Positions 35,105-43,935 of a stretch of DNA of 58,489 nucleotides are shown one piece after another. Source of the stretch: Candidatus Cloacimonadota bacterium (lineage in GTDB: Bacteria; Cloacimonadota; Cloacimonadia; Cloacimonadales; TCS61); contig JAUVLE010000001.1 of the NCBI GenBank assembly GCA_030595905.1, forward strand, positions 1-58,489, given 5' to 3'. How positions within the stretch are numbered: position 1 is the first letter of the stretch; every line of letters starts with the position of its first letter. A model generated the notes under the pieces. That model did not search any database. It saw only the letters and a list, made by a program, of their open reading frames with translations, and was not told the origin of the DNA. The translations under genes were made by a program, and so were the position numbers.

Positions 35105-37495
35105 TTATTCCTTTATTTCTTTGTTTGGAAGCAACTGCTTTTTCAATTCATCTGTAATCGGATCCATTTTATCGATCTTATCTGCAAGTTGATCGATCTC
35201 TGTAATAAATTTCATCATATCGGCGGCTGTAAATTGTGAGAAAACCAATCTTTCAGATTCTATATTCAGTTCTTTGAGTTTTTTCTTAACTACTTCTAAA
35301 TTTTTATTGGTCACGTTATTTGCCCATTCAAACCTGGAACTTTTCTCTGGACTATCACCGATGAAAACGGCATCTGCACCTTTGGCGAACGCAAATTGTA
35401 AAAGGTTCGGAGTTACCCTGCTTCCGCTTGGAATTCGGAGTACTCGAATGCAATCGGTATATTTCATTTTTCTCACACCGCAGGCATCGATAAGTCTGTA
35501 AGTTGTGTTGTCATCTGCAAAAACGAGAATACGTTTTTCATTTTCTTTTTTAAATTTCAGAACTGCTTCGATCTCTGCGTAAAGCTGTTTATTGGTGTAA
35601 TAGTTCAAGTCGAGTGCTTCGATTGGGCAGCTTTCGATGCAGGAACCACAACCGAGACACAGTGCTTCATTCACCGCAGCTTTTCCATCTGCATTCATAG
35701 AGATCGCTTTGGGAGGACACATCTCCAGGCATTTTTCACAGCCGTCACAGATTTCCTGGTGAACAAAAGCCAGAATCGGATCGAGCGGAACCTCTTTCTG
35801 GGCAAGGGTTGCAATCACTCTTGCAGCAGCAGCACTTGCCTGTGCAACAGTATCTGGGATATCTTTGGGACCTTGTGCCGTTCCAGCCAGGAATACTCCT
35901 TCCACGAGTGTATCGACAGGTTTATATTTAGGATGAGCTTCCTTAAAGAAACCATCATCACTTTTCGCCAGTTTCAAAGAATCTGCCACAATATCAGAAG
36001 ATTTACTTAATACCAATCCGTTTGCCAGAACCACAAGATCGAATTCCGTTTCGATAATATTGCGCGATAAAGTATCTTCAACTGTTATAATCACTTGTTT
36101 TGTTTCTTTATCTTCTGTGAAATGGGAAGGCTTTCCCCTGATGAATTTAATTCCCATTTTCTGAGATCTCTTATAATATTCTTCATATCCTTTTCCAAAA
36201 GCTCTCAGATCCGTGTAGAAAATATAGATATCTGTTTCCGGTTTTGCCTGTTTTAGAAGTGAAGCAAGTTTAACGGAATACATACAGCAAACCCTGGAAC
36301 AATATTCGTTGCCGACCTGTTCATCACGAGAACCCACACATTGCACGAATGCTACACGTTTCCCAACTTTCCTGGGTGGTTCGGCTTCTACGATATGATC
36401 CACAATCCTTTCCATTTCCATAGCTGTTACCACGTTTTCATATTTCCCGTAACCGAAAACGGATTTTTCCCTTGCATCAAAAATATCGTATCCCGTTGCA
36501 ACCACCACGCTATCTACAGCAACATTTATAATTTCTTCTTTCTGCTCAAAATCGATCACATTTTGCGGACATACTTCTGCACATTTTTTACAAGAGTTAT
36601 CTCTGAAATGCAAACAGTTTTCTGCATCGATAAGATATTTAAAAGGGATGGCATGCGGTGCCGGAATGTAGATCGCTTCCCTGTTGATAATTCCCTGCTC
36701 CCAGTAATTCGGCTGAGTTACAGGACATACTTCCGTACATTTATTACAACTCAGGCACAGGTCCATATTAACTGTGTCTTTGATGTAGCGCGGATGTTTT
36801 TTTACTCTTGCTTCAAAATGCAGCCTGTGCCCCACGATATCTTCTATTTCCGAATTTGTATAAAGCGTTATATTTGGATGATCAAGGATCGCAGCCATCT
36901 TTGGTGAAAGAATACAGGCGGCGCAATCTTCGGTCGGGAAAGTCTTTGTTAATATTGCCATATTCCCGCCGATAGTAGGCAGCTTCTCAACCAGAGTTAC
37001 TTTCTTGCCCGAGTCAGCCAGATCGAGAGAAGTCTGAATACCTGCAATTCCACCGCCAATGACCAGGATTTCATTGCCAAGCTGCATCTTCTTCTCTTCC
37101 AGAGGATAGTTCAGTTCGGCTTTGGCAAGAGCAGCATCGACGATATCCTTTGCTTTTTCAGTAGCAATTTCCGGAATATCTTTATGTATCCAGGAACAGT
37201 GTTCACGCAGATTTGCGATTTCGAGAACATAAGGATTCAGCCCTGCTTTTTTTAAAGTGGAACGAAATGTCTTTTCGTGAAAATGAGGAGAGCAGGAAGC
37301 AACAACTACTTTTTCCAATCCATTTTTTTTTATATCATCGATAATTAATTTTTGTCCTGCCCCGGAACACATGTGACTATTTATTTTGACCAAAATATTT
37401 TCATCATTCTTTTTTATATGCTCTGTAACACTGTTTAAATCTACAGTATTTGAAATGTTGCCACCACATTGACAGAGGTAAATTCCGGTTTTCAT
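35105..37495 (-). CDS. HdrA-like FAD/Fe-S oxidoreductase fused to an MvhD/FlpD-like domain
   Basis: 796 aa. N-terminal Cys cluster (YLCQCGGN...ASCSP), VIGGGIAGIQ FAD fold, internal and C-terminal ferredoxin motifs (CLSCNKCTEVCP, CKKCAEVCP, CDGCEKCLEMCP, CLGCGSCIESCP), and a C-terminal ILVFADDN...IRVLRIPSGSRV...GADAVFI segment of MvhD type. Confidence 0.85.
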   Translation of the reverse strand: MKTGIYLCQCGGNISNTVDLNSVTEHIKKNDENILVKINSHMCSGAGQKLIIDDIKKNGLEKVVVASCSPHFHEKTFRSTLKKAGLNPYVLEIANLREHCSWIHKDIPEIATEKAKDIVDAALAKAELNYPLEEKKMQLGNEILVIGGGIAGIQTSLDLADSGKKVTLVEKLPTIGGNMAILTKTFPTEDCAACILSPKMAAILDHPNITLYTNSEIEDIVGHRLHFEARVKKHPRYIKDTVNMDLCLSCNKCTEVCPVTQPNYWEQGIINREAIYIPAPHAIPFKYLIDAENCLHFRDNSCKKCAEVCPQNVIDFEQKEEIINVAVDSVVVATGYDIFDAREKSVFGYGKYENVVTAMEMERIVDHIVEAEPPRKVGKRVAFVQCVGSRDEQVGNEYCSRVCCMYSVKLASLLKQAKPETDIYIFYTDLRAFGKGYEEYYKRSQKMGIKFIRGKPSHFTEDKETKQVIITVEDTLSRNIIETEFDLVVLANGLVLSKSSDIVADSLKLAKSDDGFFKEAHPKYKPVDTLVEGVFLAGTAQGPKDIPDTVAQASAAAARVIATLAQKEVPLDPILAFVHQEICDGCEKCLEMCPPKAISMNADGKAAVNEALCLGCGSCIESCPIEALDLNYYTNKQLYAEIEAVLKFKKENEKRILVFADDNTTYRLIDACGVRKMKYTDCIRVLRIPSGSRVTPNLLQFAFAKGADAVFIGDSPEKSSRFEWANNVTNKNLEVVKKKLKELNIESERLVFSQFTAADMMKFITEIDQLADKIDKMDPITDELKKQLLPNKEIKE

Positions 37496-38003
37496 ATTAT
37501 GAAGCTCCTTTTATGTATATATGAATTTCTAATAGTTTCGGGGATATTATTTTTTAGTACGAATTTCTTATTTATTAAAATAAAAGATACAATTTGATTA
37601 TTGGTAAAAGAGTAAAAATCTTTTATCACTTAATCCCCTTAATTCTTTGGAAGAATCTTCCATTTTTTTTTAAAATAAAGTCGAACGATAATGAGTAACT
37701 CTATATGTCAAGCGATAAATATTTGTGGCTAAACTTCCAATTGAAAAGCGTTTATTTATCAGATGTTTAGACAATTTGTTAAATTAAAAAACCTTTTTTT
37801 AAAAAAGTAGTATTTATTTTCCCGGAATTAAAAGAAAGCACCGAAAAAAATTTCCAGTGCCGAAAATAACAGGTACAGTTTCGAGTCGATACTCTTATGA
37901 TTATAACTTTCCGAAACTTACTTTTAAAGATGTTCTATGTCTAAAGTTTCGTAAAGTTCTACTTGCAAATTGATTCGAGGTTCCCACGTTACACAGTACT
38001 CTT

Positions 38004-38027
38004 GTATCCAAGCCCCAGCTTGGATAC
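38004..38027. repeat. GTWTCCAAGCCC-N4-TTGGAWAC hairpin (copy 1)
   Basis: gtatccaagc-ccca-gcttggatac, a 10-bp perfect stem. The sister copy is at 51118-51141. A half-related word, gttaccaagctgggaac, follows about 30 nt downstream. Confidence 0.7.
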
Positions 38028-38150
38028 ACACATAGATCACCAATAAGATGAAAAAGGTTACCAAGCTGGGAACAGTGAAATAAATGAAAAGATTTCTAAA
38101 GGTTTTGTAACCAGAATATGTGGGTTTTTAAAAATAAAATTCAAATATAC

Positions 38151-38552
38151 TTATTTATTTTCTTCACACAATTCCACTAAAACGCCGCAGGTAGATTTTG
38201 GATGCAGGAAAGCAATGTTAGCATTGTGAGCACCTTTACGTGGAATTTCATCTATCAACTTTATGCCTTTTGTTTTAATTTCATCTAATCTGTCTTGCAG
38301 ATTGTCTGTGCCGAATGCGAGATGATGAATACCTTCACCTTTCTTTTCGATGAATTTTGCTATCGGGCTATTATTAGAAGTTGCTTCCAAGAGTTCGATC
38401 CTGACTTCACCGATGGGAATAAATGCAACTTTAACTTTTTGAGATTCAACCACTTCGACAGCTTCTAATTCCAGTCCAAGTTTCTTATAGAATTCAATTG
38501 CAGCTTCGATATCTTTAACGGCAATGCCAATGTGGTTAATTTTCTTCAGCAT
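38151..38552 (-). CDS. mce: methylmalonyl-CoA epimerase (VOC/glyoxalase fold)
   Basis: 133 aa. INHIGIAV.D...[14 protein letters not shown] and [12 protein letters not shown] are typical of Mce. Confidence 0.8.
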   Translation of the reverse strand: MLKKINHIGIAVKDIEAAIEFYKKLGLELEAVEVVESQKVKVAFIPIGEVRIELLEATSNNSPIAKFIEKKGEGIHHLAFGTDNLQDRLDEIKTKGIKLIDEIPRKGAHNANIAFLHPKSTCGVLVELCEENK

Positions 38553-38592
38553 TTATCATCTCCGGATCTTCAGTGAACAGGTTTTGTAATTC

Positions 38593-39153
38593 TCAATCCT
38601 TTTTTATATATTCATCAGCAAGTTTATAACCTATCTTCAAAGCCTTATTGTTCAGATCGACATATTGCGGTTTCACTGAATTCGTAACTGCTTTTTTGAG
38701 GGAAGCTTCGCTGACGACATCTGTTTTTCTTACCAGGAAGCCCAGAGTAATAATGTTGGTAGGAAGTTTTGTGCCGAGTTTTTTATGAGCAATATCTGTA
38801 AAAGGAAGTTCGTATATTTCCGTATCCAGAAGCGAGATGTTTTTTACAAATGTGTTATCTGCTATCAAAATACCATCGTCTTTCAGGTTTACAGAGTATT
38901 TATCACATGCTTCCTGGGTGAGGGCTAAAAGAACGTCGAATCTGGTTGCTTCGGGATAATAGAATTCGGCATTACTGATGATCACATCTGCCCTGCTGGC
39001 ACCACCGCGAGATTCCGGACCATAACTTTGCATCTGGGTAACATTTGCTTTATCCAGCACTGCTGCCCTGGCCAGAATGATGCCGGCTGTAATAAGACCT
39101 TGACCGCCGCTGCCGCTTAATCTTATCTCTTTTTTAAATATCCTTTTTCCCAT
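38593..39153 (-). CDS. 2-oxoacid:ferredoxin oxidoreductase gamma subunit
   Basis: 186 aa with the GSGGQG motif. It is last in a four-gene delta-alpha-beta-gamma unit. A 2-oxoglutarate substrate is suggested only by the neighbourhood (sucCD, mce). Confidence 0.8.
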   Translation of the reverse strand: MGKRIFKKEIRLSGSGGQGLITAGIILARAAVLDKANVTQMQSYGPESRGGASRADVIISNAEFYYPEATRFDVLLALTQEACDKYSVNLKDDGILIADNTFVKNISLLDTEIYELPFTDIAHKKLGTKLPTNIITLGFLVRKTDVVSEASLKKAVTNSVKPQYVDLNNKALKIGYKLADEYIKKD

Positions 39154-39989
39154 TATTTGCCTCCCTGCACTTTTTGAACAAGTTTTGCATACTCATCAGT
39201 GTATTCGGGACGGATCTCGTTTCTTAGTATCCCTCTTTTTATTTTTCCTTTTAACTTATCTTCAGGAAGTTTCTCCCAGGCTTTAAGAGAGACAGCATTT
39301 TTCTTCATAGCATTCATCATAGCGATAGCATCACCCTTTTTATTTAATTTTCCATAAATAACCGGGCAGGCACTTATGATCTCTACCAAAGAAAATCCTT
39401 TATGTTCTAAAGCCTGTTTAATAAATGATTGGGCTTCCAGGGCATGGTATGCTGTAGTTCTGGCAACAAACGTTGCACCCGCTCCCATAGCAAGTTCACA
39501 TATATCAAATACGGGATCGATATTACCATACGGTGTGGTAGTTGCTATGTCGCCTGTGGGAGTAGTAGGAGAATATTGTCCACCGGTCATCCCATATATG
39601 TAATTATTTATCAGGATAACGGTAAGATCGATATTTCGTCTGGCAGCATGAATAAAATGATTTCCACCGATAGCAGTTGCATCGCCATCGCCGGTTACGA
39701 CCATCACATTCATTTCCGGCTTGAACATTTTAATACCGGTGGCATAAGCTATTGCCCTGCCATGAAGACTGTGAAGCGTATTGAAATCTACATAAACCGG
39801 CATTCTGCTGGAGCATCCGATGCCGGAGACCATTGCCGTATTGCTTCTTTTCCATTTTAATTCGTCTATTGCTCTCATAATAGCACCAAGAACTATTCCA
39901 TTGCTGCAGCCGGGACACCACACGTGCGGGAATTTTTTCCTGTGCCGCAGGTATCTGGTATGAATTATTTTCTGAGGTATCTTTTGCAT
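39153..39989 (-). CDS. 2-oxoacid:ferredoxin oxidoreductase beta (TPP-binding) subunit
   Basis: 278 aa. CPGCSNG, GIGCSS and the TPP motif GDGD...GGNH...NN.IYGMTGGQ. Confidence 0.85.
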   Translation of the reverse strand: MQKIPQKIIHTRYLRHRKKFPHVWCPGCSNGIVLGAIMRAIDELKWKRSNTAMVSGIGCSSRMPVYVDFNTLHSLHGRAIAYATGIKMFKPEMNVMVVTGDGDATAIGGNHFIHAARRNIDLTVILINNYIYGMTGGQYSPTTPTGDIATTTPYGNIDPVFDICELAMGAGATFVARTTAYHALEAQSFIKQALEHKGFSLVEIISACPVIYGKLNKKGDAIAMMNAMKKNAVSLKAWEKLPEDKLKGKIKRGILRNEIRPEYTDEYAKLVQKVQGGK

Positions 39990-39990
39990 T

Positions 39991-41163
39991 TTACTTCACC
40001 TCCTTCATTTTATTGATAATATCTGCGGGAGTTATCAATTGCCCGTCGTTTTTCTGAATCGGAATTATTTTCCTGGATCTCCTGCTTTCATAATTCCAAA
40101 CACCGCCCATTGCCCGCTTTACTTCGTTTAGAAGTTGACCCTGATTTAATTCGGGAACAAAAATATTTCTTACATTTTTCATATACTTTCTGATAGCATC
40201 ATCGGGGAAAGGCCAAATGGTAAGAGGACGAAGCAAGCCAACCTTTTTACCTGATTTGCGAGCCATTAATACAGCAGTTTTAGCTGCTCTGGCACTAATG
40301 CCTGCCGCAAAGATCGCTGTACGTGCATCATCCATATAGAAGCTTTCTATCTGTACCAGATCATTTAAATGATGTTTGATCTTTTTGTCTAATCTTTCCA
40401 TCATGACCGCAGTTTCATCGGCTCTATTTGTTGGAAATCCGTAAGCGTCATGCGCCAAACCTGTTACATGGAAACGATAACCTTCTCCATAGCTGGCTAG
40501 CGGATGAATATATTTAGGATTATCTTCGTAATGTTTATACCATTCGGGTGGAATTGTAGGTTTGATCCTGTTAATGATCTTCACCTTTGCCAGGTCGGGA
40601 AGCGTTACGGCTTCTCTCATATGTCCCAGAACTTCATCCAATAACAGCACCACGCAAGTCCTGTATTTTTCGGATAGGTTTACAGCCCTGATGGCTAATT
40701 CATAACTTTCCAGGACAGAATCGGGATAAAGAACTATAGCTGGGGCATCACCATGATTTCCCCATCTGGTCTGCATGATGTCAGCCTGAGATGGTTTGGT
40801 CGGCAATCCGGTACTGGGACCGCCGCGCATTACGTTCACAACTACGCAGGGCGTCTCGGTCATTTTGGCAAAACCAATGCCTTCCTGCATTAGTGAAAAT
40901 CCGGGTCCGCTGGTAGCGGTCATAGTTTTGGCGCCGGCAAGTGAAGCGCCGATAATAGCAGAAATACTTGCGATCTCATCTTCCATCTGGATGAATTTTC
41001 CACCTCTTTTAGGAAGTTCTACAGAGCAGATTTCAGCAATTTCAGTGGAGGGTGTTATCGGGTAGCCTGCGAAGAAATTCACTCCGGCATCGATAGCACC
41101 ACGAGCGACAGCCTCATTTCCCTGCATTAAAACAACTTTTGATTCGATATTATTTTTTGTCAT
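39991..41163 (-). CDS. 2-oxoacid:ferredoxin oxidoreductase alpha subunit
   Basis: 390 aa. MQGNEAVARGAIDAGV.FFAGYPITPSTEI and TATSGPGFSLM. Confidence 0.85.
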   Translation of the reverse strand: MTKNNIESKVVLMQGNEAVARGAIDAGVNFFAGYPITPSTEIAEICSVELPKRGGKFIQMEDEIASISAIIGASLAGAKTMTATSGPGFSLMQEGIGFAKMTETPCVVVNVMRGGPSTGLPTKPSQADIMQTRWGNHGDAPAIVLYPDSVLESYELAIRAVNLSEKYRTCVVLLLDEVLGHMREAVTLPDLAKVKIINRIKPTIPPEWYKHYEDNPKYIHPLASYGEGYRFHVTGLAHDAYGFPTNRADETAVMMERLDKKIKHHLNDLVQIESFYMDDARTAIFAAGISARAAKTAVLMARKSGKKVGLLRPLTIWPFPDDAIRKYMKNVRNIFVPELNQGQLLNEVKRAMGGVWNYESRRSRKIIPIQKNDGQLITPADIINKMKEVK

Positions 41164-41172
41164 TTTATCTCC

Positions 41173-41493
41173 CTACTTTACCTTTGCACCTGTAATTGCA
41201 AAGTTTGGACATAATCTGTCACAGGTTTCACAGTGGGTACATTTTTCCGGATTCTTCACGTATGGTGAGCCGTCTGGCTTTCTTGCCAAAACGCCTGTAG
41301 GACAAAATGCAACACAGATACCACATTTAACACACCAATCATGAAAGATATAAACAGGAGATTTTTTATAATCTCCTTCGGTTTTTACCTCGGTATATTC
41401 AACTTCCATCTTTACCGGTGAATCATCCGTACGAATGATCGTACCCTCTTTGTGTTTTTCAACATCATTGGGTTTTCTTGCAATGTGCATCAT
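41173..41493 (-). CDS. 2-oxoacid:ferredoxin oxidoreductase delta subunit (2x[4Fe-4S] ferredoxin)
   Basis: CVKCGICVAFCP and CTHCETCDRLCP. AAGGAG sits directly before the ATGATG at 41493/41490, so the track start at 41520 is probably too long. Confidence 0.8.
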   Translation of the reverse strand: MMHIARKPNDVEKHKEGTIIRTDDSPVKMEVEYTEVKTEGDYKKSPVYIFHDWCVKCGICVAFCPTGVLARKPDGSPYVKNPEKCTHCETCDRLCPNFAITGAKVK

Positions 41494-41637
41494 AGCTCCT
41501 TGTAAATGCGATAATAGCATTCACTATTATGCTCAGATTTTATTTTTCTTTTCAAAAAATATAAATAGTTTTGATTCTTTATAAAAGGTATATTTAAAGC
41601 AATAACTTGAGAGTTCATTATATTTCAGTTCTCTAGA

Positions 41638-43632
41638 CTAAAGGTTTTTAAGCTCAAAGATCCTGTCTCTGAGTTCGGCGGCTTTTTCAAATTCAAGATT
41701 TCCTGCTGCTTCTTTCATCTCTTTTTCCAGCAATTCCATGACTTTTTCTTTGGAGTCTAACTCCAAATAATCCATAAACTTAGCTTTATCCGGCAAGCCT
41801 TCTTTCCTGCCAGCTTTGTCGTAACCGTCGGCAACACTTGTAGAAGTCATTATGTCGTCAATATTTTTTTTGATACTTTTGGGAGTTATTTTATTTTCTT
41901 TATTATAAAGGAGTTGCTTTGTTCTTCTCCGGTTGGTTTCATTTATAGTTTCCTGCATTGCAGCAGTGATATTATCTGCATAAAAAATGACCTTTCCATC
42001 GATATGACGGGCGGCTCTACCGGCAGTCTGGATGAGCGAGCGAGTTGAACGAAGAAATCCGGCTTTATCCGCATCCAGAATTGCAACCAGAGAAACTTCC
42101 GGCAGATCGAGCCCTTCCCGCAGAAGATTGATCCCCACCAGCACATCGAATTCTCCCAGCCGCAGTTCACGGATTATTTTCGATCGTTCCAGCGTATTGA
42201 TCTCGCTGTGCAGATATTTAGATTTCACACCTGCTTTTTTCAGGTATTCGCTCAGGTCTTCCGCCATTCGCTTGGTTAATGTTGTAACCAGAATTTTATC
42301 ACATTTCGTCACCCGAACTCTTATCTGCTCCAGCAGGTCATCCACCTGCGAAGACACAGGTTTAATTTCTATTTCTGGATCGATAAGACCGGTAGGGCGG
42401 ATCACCTGCTCGACGAAAACACCGTTCGTTTTGGAAAGCTCATAATCTCCGGGAGTGGCGGAAATGTAAATGATCTGATTGATCTTATTTTCAAATTCAT
42501 GGAACTTTAACGGACGATTATCGAAAGCGGAAGGAAGCCGGAAACCGTAATCCACCAGGTTTTTTTTGCGGGTGTAATCTCCACCATACATTGCGTGGAT
42601 CTGCGGAATGGAAGCATGAGATTCATCTATCACCATCAGGAAATCATCGGGAAAATAATCCAGAAGGCAGGAAGGCGGCTCACCTTTTTTGGCACCGGTA
42701 AGATGTCGTGAATAATTTTCGATACCGGAGCAGTAACTCAATTCACGCAGCATTTCCAGATCAAAATTCGTTCTCTGCTCGATGCGTTGTGCTTCCAGAA
42801 GTTTTCCTTCCTTTTCAAAAAAAGCGATCCTGTCTTTGAGTTCTGCCTTAATGAAAGTTATCGCCTTGTTCAGAATTGCTTTGGATGTTATAAAATGATT
42901 TGCAGGATAGATGGGATATTCATTCACAACTTCCAGAACGTGATTGTTCAATGGATTTATTCTTGAAATTTTCTCGACTTCATCACCAAAGAATTCTACA
43001 CGAATGGAATTTTCCAGATAAGCAGGAAAAATATCCACAATGTCACCCATCACACGGAATGATCCGCGTTCAAATGCAATGTCGTTCCTGCCGTAGTGAA
43101 TGTTCACCAGTTTTTTCAGAAGATCGTCGCGCTCGATGATATCACCCGTTTTTATCCTGATGAGAGCATTTCGATATTCCTCCGGAATTCCCAGACCATA
43201 GATACAGGAAACACTGGCAACGATGATCACATCTTTTCGTTCCATCAGGCTCATAGTGGCATGAAGGCGAAGTTTTTCTATCTGGCTGTTAATGTCCGCA
43301 TCTTTTTCGATATATATATCGCGACCGGGAATATAAGCTTCCGGCTGGTAATAATCGTAATAACTGATAAAGAACTCGACCGCATTTTCCGGGAAGAGCT
43401 GTTTGAACTCGCCGTAAAGCTGGGCAGCAAGAGTTTTATTATGTGAAAGCACGAGGGTGGGTTTATTCACTTTTTCTATCACGTTGGCAATGGTGAATGT
43501 TTTTCCGGAACCGGTTACTCCGAGAAGAGTCTGGTATTTTTCACCGGAGAGCAGTCCGTCTGCAAGTTCCTTGATAGCCGGGGGTTGGTCTCCTGTCGGC
43601 TTGTAGCTTGTTACTAATTTAAATTTATTCAT
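41638..43632 (-). CDS. uvrB: excinuclease ABC subunit B
   Basis: [20 protein letters not shown]..., GVTGSGKT Walker A, helicase motifs, and the C-terminal UVR motif (...[15 protein letters not shown]). ATG at 43632; the track starts at a GTG two codons earlier. Confidence 0.97.
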   Translation of the reverse strand: MNKFKLVTSYKPTGDQPPAIKELADGLLSGEKYQTLLGVTGSGKTFTIANVIEKVNKPTLVLSHNKTLAAQLYGEFKQLFPENAVEFFISYYDYYQPEAYIPGRDIYIEKDADINSQIEKLRLHATMSLMERKDVIIVASVSCIYGLGIPEEYRNALIRIKTGDIIERDDLLKKLVNIHYGRNDIAFERGSFRVMGDIVDIFPAYLENSIRVEFFGDEVEKISRINPLNNHVLEVVNEYPIYPANHFITSKAILNKAITFIKAELKDRIAFFEKEGKLLEAQRIEQRTNFDLEMLRELSYCSGIENYSRHLTGAKKGEPPSCLLDYFPDDFLMVIDESHASIPQIHAMYGGDYTRKKNLVDYGFRLPSAFDNRPLKFHEFENKINQIIYISATPGDYELSKTNGVFVEQVIRPTGLIDPEIEIKPVSSQVDDLLEQIRVRVTKCDKILVTTLTKRMAEDLSEYLKKAGVKSKYLHSEINTLERSKIIRELRLGEFDVLVGINLLREGLDLPEVSLVAILDADKAGFLRSTRSLIQTAGRAARHIDGKVIFYADNITAAMQETINETNRRRTKQLLYNKENKITPKSIKKNIDDIMTSTSVADGYDKAGRKEGLPDKAKFMDYLELDSKEKVMELLEKEMKEAAGNLEFEKAAELRDRIFELKNL

Positions 43633-43863
43633 AATCACTAATGAACGCTGATAAGCGCTAATTTTTTATTTCAAATCTTCAATTTCCTTTCTTTTTATTT
43701 AATTTTTTGTGGCAAGGATTTTATAGAGAATTTGGCATTTTTAATTATTTGCAAATCTGTTTTAGATTATTCGTAGCTGGAATTATGAAACGAGTAAATT
43801 GAATTTCGACTTAGAGGTGATTTAAAAAAAGCTGAATAAGCTTCAAATAATTCTCATCCACTA

Positions 43864-43892
43864 AAGAAAAAACGCCCGGGATTTCCGGGCGC
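43864..43892 (-). terminator. rho-independent terminator after the 43936 T9SS gene
   Basis: The minus strand reads CGCCCGG-aaatc-CCGGGCG followed by TTTTTTCTTT. Confidence 0.75.
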
Positions 43893-43935
43893 ATCGTTGT
43901 TAAAAGACAGATCGATGGTCTGTTCCTGTGTAATT

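Noticed and set aside
31213-37495. An alternative reading of the five-gene cluster as QmoABC plus AprBA (dissimilatory sulfate reduction).
   Set aside because: There is only one HdrA-like gene. The FeS subunit carries a plant-type 2Fe-2S motif like SdhB/FrdB rather than the AprB pattern. The flavoprotein motifs and size fit FrdA/TfrA better than AprA. No sat or dsr genes are nearby.
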